DNA of 64,000 nucleotides, taken from assembly GCA_964549595.1 (NCBI GenBank), contig CAZJWK010000001.1:35767-99766 (forward strand), in the 5' to 3' direction. Each line of letters begins with the position of its first letter. The first letter of the stretch is position 1. Made by a program: the position numbers and the translations under genes. The notes under the pieces were generated by a model. That model did not search any database, was not told the DNA's origin, and saw only the letters and a program-made list of their open reading frames with translations. Below, in pieces: positions 9,095 to 18,005 of the stretch. This stretch comes from an uncultured Sphingobacteriales bacterium. GTDB taxonomy: Bacteria > Bacteroidota > Bacteroidia > CAILMK01 > CAYYUA01.

Positions 9095-10474
9095 TTAACT
9101 TACAGGTTCAAAATGGGCCGTAAAATGCCTTAAAAACCTGGGTTCTTTTATAATGCGGTAACCTTTCGCTTTATCCTTTTCTTTCAACACCTCCCGGAAA
9201 ATTTCCAGCACATAATCTACATGGCTTTGGGTATACACCCTCCGGGGTATGGCAAGACGGACCAGTTCCATATTGGCCGGAATCAACTCCCCTTTTTCAT
9301 CATACTTACCAAACATCACCGAGCCAATTTCAACACACCGAATACCTCCTTTTTTATAAAGCTCACAAACAAGGGACTGACCGGGATAGGCTTTTACCGG
9401 GATATGGGGAAATAGTGCTTTAGCATCTACATAAACAGCATGGCCGCCAATGGGCTTCACAACAGGAATACCCATTTTTTCCAAGTGTTCACCCAGGTAA
9501 GCTGTACTCCTTATCCGGTAATGTAAGTAGTCCGGGTCAAACACTTCTTCAAGGCCTTGGGCTGTTGCTTCCATATCCCTTCCTGACAAACCGCCGTAAG
9601 TGGTATAACCTTCGGTTATGATGAGGAGATTGCTACAAGCTTCGGCAAGTTCAGGATCATTCATTGCCAAAAAACCCCCTATGTTCACAAGGCCATCCTT
9701 TTTCGCACTCATGGTGGCGGCATCTGCCCAATTAAACATTTCTCGGGCAATGGCCTTGTAACTTTTATCGGCATACCCTTCCTCACGGTGTTTGATGAAA
9801 TAAGCATTCTCAGCAACCCGGCAGGCATCCAGAACCAAAAGCAAACCATTTTGGTCACAAATTTTACGTACTTCCTTGAGGTTCTCCAGGCTAACAGGTT
9901 GGCCACCACCTGTATTATTGGTGACCGTCATGATCACGGCCGCTATACGCTCAGGACCATAGGAATGAATCTGGTCAGTCAGATACGCTGTATCGATATT
10001 GCCTTTAAAAGGATACAGATCTTGAGGATCCAAAGCTTCCCTAATCGGGCAATCAACGGCTTCAGCACCGGAGAATTCTATATTGGCCCGGGTTGTATCA
10101 AAATGGGTATTGCTAAAAAACACTTTTTCTCTGCCCCCTAAATGGCCATATAATATTTTTTCGCCAGCCCTTCCTTGATGAGTCGGTAACACGTACGGAA
10201 AACCGGTTAATTCCGTAATAACCGATTGTAAGCGACCCCAGCTAGCGGCCCCTGCATAGGATTCATCTCCTTTCATTAGCCCGGACCATTGGTCCGTACT
10301 CATGGCAGATGTACCGCTATCCGTAAGGAAATCAATAAGCACTTGATCGGAGGTGAGTAAAAAAGGATTGTAATGGGCATTTTTAAGGTGTTCTATACGC
10401 TCTGATTCCGTAGATACACGGATAGGTTCCACCGACTTGATTTTAAAGGGTTCAAATATTACTTGTTTTTCCAT
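9095..10474 (-). CDS. tnaA: Tryptophanase / beta-eliminating lyase (tryptophan indole-lyase)
   Basis: 459 aa. Residues FLTDSGTSAMS and a PLP-lyase fold throughout give strong similarity to TnaA/TPL family enzymes. Tryptophanase versus tyrosine phenol-lyase cannot be resolved by eye. Confidence 0.85.
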   Translation of the reverse strand: MEKQVIFEPFKIKSVEPIRVSTESERIEHLKNAHYNPFLLTSDQVLIDFLTDSGTSAMSTDQWSGLMKGDESYAGAASWGRLQSVITELTGFPYVLPTHQGRAGEKILYGHLGGREKVFFSNTHFDTTRANIEFSGAEAVDCPIREALDPQDLYPFKGNIDTAYLTDQIHSYGPERIAAVIMTVTNNTGGGQPVSLENLKEVRKICDQNGLLLVLDACRVAENAYFIKHREEGYADKSYKAIAREMFNWADAATMSAKKDGLVNIGGFLAMNDPELAEACSNLLIITEGYTTYGGLSGRDMEATAQGLEEVFDPDYLHYRIRSTAYLGEHLEKMGIPVVKPIGGHAVYVDAKALFPHIPVKAYPGQSLVCELYKKGGIRCVEIGSVMFGKYDEKGELIPANMELVRLAIPRRVYTQSHVDYVLEIFREVLKEKDKAKGYRIIKEPRFLRHFTAHFEPVS

Positions 10475-10534
10475 TAATTACATTTTTAGGATAGGCAATA
10501 TTAAGTTACTTTCCAAGATTAAATTATGACATTT

Positions 10535-10550
10535 ATCACCAAATCTGTGA
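10535..10550 (-). promoter_or_regulatory. Candidate CRP/FNR-family operator in the tnaA leader (tATGA-N6-TCACc)
   Basis: TATGACATTTATCACC lies 60-75 bp upstream of the tnaA start codon. It has one mismatch per half-site to TGTGA-N6-TCACA. Confidence 0.25.
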
Positions 10551-10772
10551 AACCAGCTCTGCAACCAAAAACCCTTGTCACCGGCTTCCACAGGTTTTTG
10601 CTCCCTATTTTATTTCTGGGTGTATAAATAATAATTACTTTCGTCTTCAGGAAATCAGAGGGTAAAGCAAGGATTTAGCCATTCCCTCACTCTTTTTTTC
10701 CCCTAAAGGAAAGTCCTACTCCACAAATATTTTCATTAAACGCTTTGTGCCCTGTGGTCAAAAGGTGGGCTC

Positions 10773-11453
10773 TCAAAATGACCTCATTTTTTGAGGAGAA
10801 ATAATCCGGATGCACTTTTTTCGGCTTTCGAAAAGATTTTTTTCACGAAAAGATGGAAGAAGTTTCCGCATATAAGTTTTGGATATACCGGAAAGATCAG
10901 CAAGCTCTTCAGGACTTAAAGGAATCTTCAAAAAATTATTAGCATCTAAACCAAAATCGCTTATCAGTTTATTTAATAACTGTAAAATCTTCTTCCGGGC
11001 ATTCCAATGATGGGAAAAATCAGATTGGTCTTCCATTCTTTCTATCTGCCCGTTCAGCCGGCTGAGAATATCCATTGAAAATTGGGGATTTTCCTTAATG
11101 AGGGTAAAATAATGCTCGGTAGAAAGAAAGCCCGACTTTGTAAGCGTTAAAGCCTGGGCATTAACGGTATGGGTTGCGGAATAGTGGAAAATATCATTCA
11201 GTCCTAAAAAATCCCCATCTCTGGCCAAATAAAAGGTGAAAGGTTCACCCCCTTCAATATTTTCCAATTTTACTACACCGCTAAAAATATAATATATACC
11301 CGATAAAGGGTGTCCGGATTTAAACAAATAATCTTTTTCACGAAAAGTCATCGGGTAATTTGCCAATTCCCCCAATAAAGGATCCTGGCTATGATTCGAG
11401 GATTGATGCCGGGCTGGATTATTGAAACCTGAATGACTCATACCTCCGTCCAT
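10773..11453 (-). CDS. Crp/Fnr family transcriptional regulator (no Cys cluster)
   Basis: It carries a cNMP-binding beta-roll (GVVKLENIEGGEPFTFYLARDGDFLG) and a C-terminal HTH (ELADLSGISKTYMRKLL). The N-terminal 30 aa are low-complexity, so the true start may be the internal Met (MTFREKD). Confidence 0.75.
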   Translation of the reverse strand: MDGGMSHSGFNNPARHQSSNHSQDPLLGELANYPMTFREKDYLFKSGHPLSGIYYIFSGVVKLENIEGGEPFTFYLARDGDFLGLNDIFHYSATHTVNAQALTLTKSGFLSTEHYFTLIKENPQFSMDILSRLNGQIERMEDQSDFSHHWNARKKILQLLNKLISDFGLDANNFLKIPLSPEELADLSGISKTYMRKLLPSFREKNLFESRKKCIRIISPQKMRSF

Positions 11454-11491
11454 TTTAAATTCAAAGAACGAAGCTTAGGCACCCGGATTCA

Positions 11492-11505
11492 ATGATTTAA
11501 ATCAT
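11492..11505 (-). promoter_or_regulatory. FNR-type box (aTGAT-TTAA-ATCAt, a 14-bp perfect palindrome) upstream of the Crp/Fnr gene 10773..11453
   Basis: ATGATTTAAATCAT matches the TTGAT-N4-ATCAA core. It sits about 40-50 bp upstream of the annotated start of the downstream minus-strand regulator. Confidence 0.4.
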
Positions 11506-11756
11506 ACTTGCAGGAGAGCTAAAGACCTGGCAAAATCAAAATGAAAAGGGATCCACGGAATAAATATTTCTTCCCATCAAACCAGGGAAATTCAACCTTT
11601 TTTGGTTTACAGGCTTTTTATAATTATCTTTAAATGTAAGGGTGGTAAGTGGCCGCTTAATAAAAAAAATTGAAACCACAAGTAAGAAAAGTTTGATAAG
11701 CCATCCAAATAAAAACAGGATGTATCAACCAATTGAAGGATAGAATAACTTTTTAA

Positions 11757-12158
11757 TCAAGCCAGGCTTTTTTCAATCGCCCCAAGCAATTCTTCTTTTT
11801 TGACGGGCTTAGCCAGATAATCATCGAACCCTTCTTGCAGAAAAGTTTCCTTATCTTCAGGCATGGCATAAGAAGTCAAAGCAAAAATAGGAGGATCCCC
11901 GTATTTCCCTGTAGTCTTAATATGCCTCATAATTTCTGTGCCACTCATTGAGTCTTCTCCAAGGTTAATATCCATCAGGATAATGGTAAAATCCTGCTGA
12001 TTAAGTACTTGAAAAGCCTCTTCACTGTTCCGGGTTAAAATAACCTGATAATGATTACCCAACATTTTTTGAAGCACAAACTGGCTAATATCATCATCCT
12101 CAACAATCAAAATTTTTGGTTGGCTATCACTATCATTGCTTTCCCTGACCATAAGCAC
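11757..12158 (-). CDS. Stand-alone response regulator receiver (CheY-like)
   Basis: 133 aa. ILIVEDDD ... ILMDINLGEDSMSG ... ALTSYA ... DDYLAKP is the canonical REC domain, with the phospho-accepting Asp in MDINL. Confidence 0.85.
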   Translation of the reverse strand: MLMVRESNDSDSQPKILIVEDDDISQFVLQKMLGNHYQVILTRNSEEAFQVLNQQDFTIILMDINLGEDSMSGTEIMRHIKTTGKYGDPPIFALTSYAMPEDKETFLQEGFDDYLAKPVKKEELLGAIEKSLA

Positions 12159-12209
12159 AGTGCCTAAACAAATTAATTTCTTTAAATAACAAAAATCGAA
12201 GCTAAAGGT

Positions 12210-15200
12210 TTAATCTGACTCTTCCAAAGACCGTGTCAATGGCATAGTGATTTGAAAAGTACTTCCTTCCCCTTTTTTACTTGTAACCTTAATGGTTCCT
12301 CCGAATAGTTCAACGTACTTTTTGACAATGGACAATCCCAGACCTGTTCCTTCATAATCCCGGCCATGACCCTCACTTTCCTGTTCAAATGGGGAAAATA
12401 TCTTTTCAATATTTTCTTCGGAAATACCTATTCCGGTATCAATTACTTCAATAATAAATTTTTCCTTCCGCTCATCCTTAATTCTTGTCCTGATTTTTAC
12501 ACATCCTTCTTCAGTAAATTTAACCGCATTTCCTACCAGGTTATTCAGTATCTGCTCCAGGACATTTTCATCAATTTGAACGTAATATTGACCACCGGCC
12601 AGATCATTAATGAAATCAATGCCTTTTTTGTCAGCCAAAACTTTCAAATGGGGCTGAAGCGCGTTTATCTTGCTATTCACTTCAATGATACTGGGCCTAA
12701 GGTTAACCTCTTTTGCTTCGAGCTTTGAAAAATCCAGAATACTTGTTATGGTTTTAAGCAGCCTTTCGCTGCTTTCCCGTATCATCCTGGCATAGGAATT
12801 AACGCCTTCAACGTCACTATATTCATCTTCCATTACCTGGACTAAACCCATAATGCCATTAATGGGGGTCCGGATTTCGTGACTCATGTTAGCCAAGAAG
12901 TTCGTTTTAAGCCTATTCATTTCCTCAGCTTTTTCTTTGGCCTCCACGAGTTTATTTTCCACTTCCTTTTGCTTGGTTATATCCCTTACGGCCCCGTCAT
13001 AAAAAACTTTTCCGTACTCATCCAATAAGCGCTTGCTACTCAATAATCCCCAGAAGGTACTGCCATCTTTTCTTTTAAAAAGCACTTCCTGGTTCTGAAA
13101 CCCTCCCTCTTCTTGTTCCTTTTCAATGAGCCGTTCCCTTTCTTCCGGATCGGCGTAAAGTTCTAAACCTTGTGTTTTCAAAACATCCTCTGTAGAATCA
13201 TAGCCAAAAATTTTGGCAAATGGCTCATTAACATATATGACACCACTTTCAGGTGTGCTCCTAAAAATCCCCTCGTTGATATGCTGGTTTATAGACTCCA
13301 GCAGTTGTTTATGTTGCCTAAGCTCATGTTCGGCCTGCTTTTGCTGGGTTATATCCATTGCATACAGAAATACAAAGTCTCCTTCCTGGTTCGGATTTAT
13401 GGTTATTTGGTAATGACCATCCCCGATTTTAGATTCAAATACTTGACTATGCCCCTTTTTTAAGGCCTCTTGAATAACATTGTAAAAATCAGGGGGGAAA
13501 GACTGGTTATATTGTTCCTGCCAATAGGTAATAAATGGTTCCCCGACTGGATTGGCGTACAAGAATTCCCCATTTTCAGAAATGGTTAGGACGGGATTGG
13601 GGTTATCTTCCGGAAAACGGGATAATAACCTGATTTTCTTTTCATAATTCTTTCTTTCAGTAATTTCCCTGGAAGCGTTCTGGACCTGAATCAGGTTACC
13701 ATCATCATCAAAAATAGGTACAGTTACGGTTTCCACATAAGTATAATTTCCTTCTTTGGTTTTAACCCGGTATTCATGAGCAGAGGCTTTTCCCTCGGCT
13801 AAATATTTTTCTCCCTCTTGCTGAATAACTTTTAGATCTTCCGGGTGAATAAGATCATTAGCCGGCATATTTAACACTTCCTCAGGTTTAAAACCCAAAA
13901 TATCTTCTACACTTGGCGTAATATAGGTGATCAGACCTTCTTCATTTTGTAAGGTGATAATATCCCGGGTGTTTTCAGTAACCAACCTAAGTTTGGCCTC
14001 CCTTTCCCCCAATTCCTGTTTGGATTTTTCCAGTGCTTCATTGATCTCCCTCAGTTCCTGATTTTTTGAATTTAGCTCCTCATTTAAAGATTGCAGTTCT
14101 TCATTGGAAGTTTCCAATTCTTCATTGGCTGATTTAAGTTCTTCATTGGCTGATTGCAATTCTTCAGTAAGAGATTGGGTTTCAGCTTCACTGGCTTCCA
14201 GCTGTTTGCGGTAAGTTTCAAGTTGTTCTTTCGCTACTTTTAATTCTTCCCTTAAAGATTCAATTAAGAAATCTTTATTGGACAAATCTTTTTCCCCTGA
14301 ATCTTGTCGGTCGGGATCACTTACCTCAGGGGTTTTGGCCGACCCTTTAAAAATGATAAGGAAATATTCGACCGGCTCATCCCCATAAACAACAGGTTGA
14401 ATAACCATTTGAACCCGGTAATCCTTTTCAAATAATTTAAAATGTACTTCATTGGTGGTTATAGGTATTAAGTTCTTTTGACACTTAATTAGCCCGGTAT
14501 GAAGTTCATGGTGCAGCTCCTCATTAACCAATTCAAGAATATGCTTATCCCCATTGTTAAAACCCATGTAAGCCCTCAACTCCCCTTGTGTTTCAATGAT
14601 TTTGTGGTGGGAATTGACCACCACATAGGGATGCTCATAAGTTTTGGCGATGGTTTCTCTCGCCATTTCCAGAATTGTGGGCTTTTCATCTTCTCCTTTC
14701 CGATAAATTCCTTGTTCCCAGGAATAAAATTTTTGAAAATTAAAAAACTGAAGATCCCTGGATCCTTGATTTTCCTTATTCTTATAAATCTTATGCTTGG
14801 TATCGACCAGTTCCAAAAGGTCTCTGAAAGCTTCTATATTTTCCGATTTTCCAATCACCAAATAGCCATAATCGACCAATGAATAATTAAAAACCGGAAT
14901 AACTTTATTTTGAAGGTCAGCATTAAAATAAATCAACAAATTCCGGCAGGTAATCAAATCAATATTCAGGAAAGGGGGATCTTTAGTAATATCATGCCTG
15001 CAAAATACAACTACCTTTCTTAAAAACTCTTTCACCTCAAATCCATCTTCTTTCTCATTAAAATACTTGTCAATCTGATCTCGAGAAAGGTTTTGCAAGG
15101 ACTTCTCACTGTATAAACCTTTTCTTCCTGCGTTAATGGCATACTCGCTTATATCGGAAGCAAAAATTTTGATATCCCGTTTTTCAAAGTCCTCAAGCAA

Positions 15201-15551
15201 TTCAGCCAGTAAAATGGCTATGGAGAGGGGTTCCTCACCGCATGAACAACCAATTGACCAAATTCTGATGGGATCGTTCTTTTTTTTCCGGGCAATGATT
15301 TTCCCCAACCTTTCGCGGATTTTCTGAAAAACCTGGGGGTCCCGAAAAAACTCCGAAATCCCCAAAAGCATCTCACTAAAGGCTTGTCCTACTTCCTCCG
15401 GATTATTCCGGAGATAAGTGTAATATTCCTTATAGTCATCAAATCCTAAGGTATTTAAACGCTTTTCCAATCTGCGTTTTAAGGTGGACTTTTTATATTT
15501 CAGGAAATCAATGCCGGTTTGTTCACTAACCAACTGTAAAATGGCTTTCAT
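12210..15551 (-). CDS. Hybrid sensor: CheR-type MCP methyltransferase, coiled-coil NEEL repeats, PAS domains, then a histidine kinase (HisKA + HATPase_c)
   Basis: 1113 aa. The N-terminal CheR fold (IRIWSIGCSCGEEP) is followed by a heptad repeat (EELQSANEELKSANEELETSNEELQSLNEELNSKNQEL), multiple PAS-like segments, an H-box (NMSHEIRTPINGIMG) and a G-box ATPase (DTGIGIS...GTGLGLSIVK). Confidence 0.85.
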   Translation of the reverse strand: MKAILQLVSEQTGIDFLKYKKSTLKRRLEKRLNTLGFDDYKEYYTYLRNNPEEVGQAFSEMLLGISEFFRDPQVFQKIRERLGKIIARKKKNDPIRIWSIGCSCGEEPLSIAILLAELLEDFEKRDIKIFASDISEYAINAGRKGLYSEKSLQNLSRDQIDKYFNEKEDGFEVKEFLRKVVVFCRHDITKDPPFLNIDLITCRNLLIYFNADLQNKVIPVFNYSLVDYGYLVIGKSENIEAFRDLLELVDTKHKIYKNKENQGSRDLQFFNFQKFYSWEQGIYRKGEDEKPTILEMARETIAKTYEHPYVVVNSHHKIIETQGELRAYMGFNNGDKHILELVNEELHHELHTGLIKCQKNLIPITTNEVHFKLFEKDYRVQMVIQPVVYGDEPVEYFLIIFKGSAKTPEVSDPDRQDSGEKDLSNKDFLIESLREELKVAKEQLETYRKQLEASEAETQSLTEELQSANEELKSANEELETSNEELQSLNEELNSKNQELREINEALEKSKQELGEREAKLRLVTENTRDIITLQNEEGLITYITPSVEDILGFKPEEVLNMPANDLIHPEDLKVIQQEGEKYLAEGKASAHEYRVKTKEGNYTYVETVTVPIFDDDGNLIQVQNASREITERKNYEKKIRLLSRFPEDNPNPVLTISENGEFLYANPVGEPFITYWQEQYNQSFPPDFYNVIQEALKKGHSQVFESKIGDGHYQITINPNQEGDFVFLYAMDITQQKQAEHELRQHKQLLESINQHINEGIFRSTPESGVIYVNEPFAKIFGYDSTEDVLKTQGLELYADPEERERLIEKEQEEGGFQNQEVLFKRKDGSTFWGLLSSKRLLDEYGKVFYDGAVRDITKQKEVENKLVEAKEKAEEMNRLKTNFLANMSHEIRTPINGIMGLVQVMEDEYSDVEGVNSYARMIRESSERLLKTITSILDFSKLEAKEVNLRPSIIEVNSKINALQPHLKVLADKKGIDFINDLAGGQYYVQIDENVLEQILNNLVGNAVKFTEEGCVKIRTRIKDERKEKFIIEVIDTGIGISEENIEKIFSPFEQESEGHGRDYEGTGLGLSIVKKYVELFGGTIKVTSKKGEGSTFQITMPLTRSLEESD
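14091..14174 (-). repeat. Four tandem 21-bp repeats (ttnnanttcttcattggnnga) that encode the NEELxSx heptads of the CheR-HK
   Basis: Units sit at 14091-14111, 14112-14132, 14133-14153 and 14154-14174. They encode (A/S/L)NEEL(Q/K/E)(S/T) on the minus strand. Confidence 0.6.
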
Positions 15552-15660
15552 ATCTTTCCCATCCGTTATTTATTCCAAAAACAAGCGTTCCTTTGCAAAT
15601 AAAATAATTTTGAAAAATAAAAAACCAATGAGCCGTATTGAATAAATTAAAAGTTGCAAT

Positions 15661-17139
15661 CTATCCTTTATACGGCACATTGTTTTTTTCCTTTTGCTTG
15701 CTAATAAGCCATAACCCAAGGAAAGTAATGAGCCCGTTTATGATCAATAACTCAAACCCCACTTCATATCCGGCCAAAAAATAAGGGGAATACCACCCAG
15801 CCAGAAATGCCAGGAAAGGGGAAGTAAAACAAACGATTGGTATTAAGCGGTCCTTCGGGTTTCGGTGCATAAACAGCCCAAAACTGAAAAGGCCCAGCAA
15901 AGGACCGTAAGTATAGGAAGCGGCGTCAAAAATCTTACTGATCACACTTTTATCGTTCAAGTAGTGAAAAAATAAGATAATGCCCAATAAAAGGATCGTA
16001 AAACCTAAATGCACGAAATGCCTTGTTTTGGAATTTTGCGTCATTTTTTCCCCTTTAAAGCCCAAAAAATCCACACAAAAAGCAGTAGTAAGAGCAGTCA
16101 AAGCGGAATCAGCACTGGAATAGGCAGAGGCAGTCAATCCCAGAATAAAAGCTATGCTGGCGTACAAAGGAAAATGGTCAAAAGCTATTCGGGGATAAAG
16201 GTAATCTGATTTGTCAGGTATCCCAATGCCGTTCTGATTCGCATAAAGGTATAACAAAGCACCCAGCACCAGAAAAATAAATTTGATAACCACCAATCCC
16301 CCTGTAAATGTAAACATATTTTTCTGGGCATCCTTAAGATCAGGACAGCTAAGGTTTTTTTGCATCATATCCTGATCCAGGCCGGTCATCACAATGGCTA
16401 TAAAAGCGCCACTCAGAAATTGTTTAGGGAAAAAATTCTCCGATTTAAAATTATCAAAAAAGAAAATCTTGCTGTAATCACTATTAGCCACTGTTTGGGT
16501 TAGCCCGGCAAAGTCAAGCTCCATATTAATGGTAAGGTAAATGATGCTCACAAAAAGGGCAATGACCATAAGACCGGTTTGTAAGGTATCGGTATAAACG
16601 ATGGTTTTTATGCCTCCTCTATGCGTATAGACCCAAATCAGGGCAAGGGTAATCATAACAGCCAGAAAAAAGGGGAAACCCAATTCCTTGAATATGAAAA
16701 CCTGGAAAACTATAGCCACCAAATAAAGCCGGAAAGCCGCACCAATGGAGCGGGATAACAAAAAGAAAAAGGAACCTGTTTTGTAGGAAAAATGGCCAAA
16801 CCGTTTTTCCAGGTAGCCATAAATCGAAGTGAGGTTTAAACGGTAGTATAGGGGCATTAAAATGGTTGCGATAACCGTATAGCCAATAATGTAACCTAAA
16901 ACCATTTGGAAATAGGAGAATTGGGTGTCTCCAACCCAACCGGGAACCGAAATAAACGTTACACCGGAAAAAGTGGTGCCTATCATTCCGAAAGCCACTA
17001 CATACCAAGGGGATTGCCGATTGGCTAAAAAGAAAGTCTGGTTATCAACCTGTTTTTTGGTGGTAACCCTTGAAATAAAAAATAATAAACCAAAATAGGC
17101 AATGACAGCGATGATTGTGATAATCGTCACTAAGGGCAT
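15661..17139 (-). CDS. Sodium:solute symporter family transporter
   Basis: 492 aa with about 13 TM segments. The N-terminal region (FFLANRQSPWYVVAFGMIGTTFSGVTFISVPGWV) is typical of the SSF family. Confidence 0.75.
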   Translation of the reverse strand: MPLVTIITIIAVIAYFGLLFFISRVTTKKQVDNQTFFLANRQSPWYVVAFGMIGTTFSGVTFISVPGWVGDTQFSYFQMVLGYIIGYTVIATILMPLYYRLNLTSIYGYLEKRFGHFSYKTGSFFFLLSRSIGAAFRLYLVAIVFQVFIFKELGFPFFLAVMITLALIWVYTHRGGIKTIVYTDTLQTGLMVIALFVSIIYLTINMELDFAGLTQTVANSDYSKIFFFDNFKSENFFPKQFLSGAFIAIVMTGLDQDMMQKNLSCPDLKDAQKNMFTFTGGLVVIKFIFLVLGALLYLYANQNGIGIPDKSDYLYPRIAFDHFPLYASIAFILGLTASAYSSADSALTALTTAFCVDFLGFKGEKMTQNSKTRHFVHLGFTILLLGIILFFHYLNDKSVISKIFDAASYTYGPLLGLFSFGLFMHRNPKDRLIPIVCFTSPFLAFLAGWYSPYFLAGYEVGFELLIINGLITFLGLWLISKQKEKNNVPYKG

Positions 17140-17287
17140 TCCGGAACCTCCGGGTTTTTTAAAACTGTTTAAATTTTAATTTTGTCCATTATTGCTTAAC
17201 CCTGTAAAAGCAATCAAAATTAAGAGAAATTGCCTTGGAAATGGTAAAATCTTAACAACTTTGAAGATTAGCTAAAAAAGGGCATTC

Positions 17288-17893
17288 ATGGAATACCCGT
17301 CCAAATTTATTGAAGAAGCGGTGGAGGAATTTGCTAAACTTCCCGGTGTGGGTAAAAAAACAGCATTGAGACTGGTCCTGCACCTGCTTAAAGAAGACGA
17401 AGAGTCCGCCAAAAATTTAGGCAATGCGATTATTCAGCTTAAGGACAAAATTTATTATTGTAAAATATGCCATAACGTTGCCGATCAAGATATATGCTCA
17501 ATTTGTAATGACAATACCCGTGACCATACAGTGGTTTGCCTGGTAGAGGATATGCGGGATGTAATGGCTATTGAGGGAACCGGTCAGTACCAGGGGACCT
17601 ACCATATTTTAGGGGGTTTGATTTCTCCGATGGATGGCATTGGGCCGGAAAATTTAAACATTCAGTCTTTAATCGACCGTGTTAAGGAAAAAAGCGTCAA
17701 AGAAATTATTTTTGCTCTTAGCACCACGATGGAAGGAGATACAACCATGTTTTACATTGCCAAGCAATTAAGAGACCGGGATTTGCGAATATCTTCTATA
17801 TCACGTGGAATTGCCATCGGAGGAGAATTGGAATATACGGACGATGTAACCCTTGCCCGATCCATTGCGGAAAGGGTGCCTTATTCACAATAA
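17288..17893 (+). CDS. recR: Recombination protein RecR
   Basis: 201 aa. A helix-hairpin-helix (LPGVGKKTALRL), a C4 zinc finger (CKICHNV...CSICND) and a Toprim domain are present. Confidence 0.95.
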   Translation: MEYPSKFIEEAVEEFAKLPGVGKKTALRLVLHLLKEDEESAKNLGNAIIQLKDKIYYCKICHNVADQDICSICNDNTRDHTVVCLVEDMRDVMAIEGTGQYQGTYHILGGLISPMDGIGPENLNIQSLIDRVKEKSVKEIIFALSTTMEGDTTMFYIAKQLRDRDLRISSISRGIAIGGELEYTDDVTLARSIAERVPYSQ

Positions 17894-18005
17894 AAAAGCT
17901 TTAAAAAAGTTTTACATAAATCCGGGTAAGTTTTGGGGAAATCTTAAAATGAACGAATGGAAACACCCATTGAATGCCATGGGGGTTAGCTAATGAAAGG
18001 ATGGC

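Noticed and set aside
10475-10772. TnaC-like Trp-containing leader peptide upstream of tnaA
   Set aside because: Only 4-11-codon mini-ORFs without Trp are present in the leader, so an E. coli-style TnaC attenuation mechanism is not supported.
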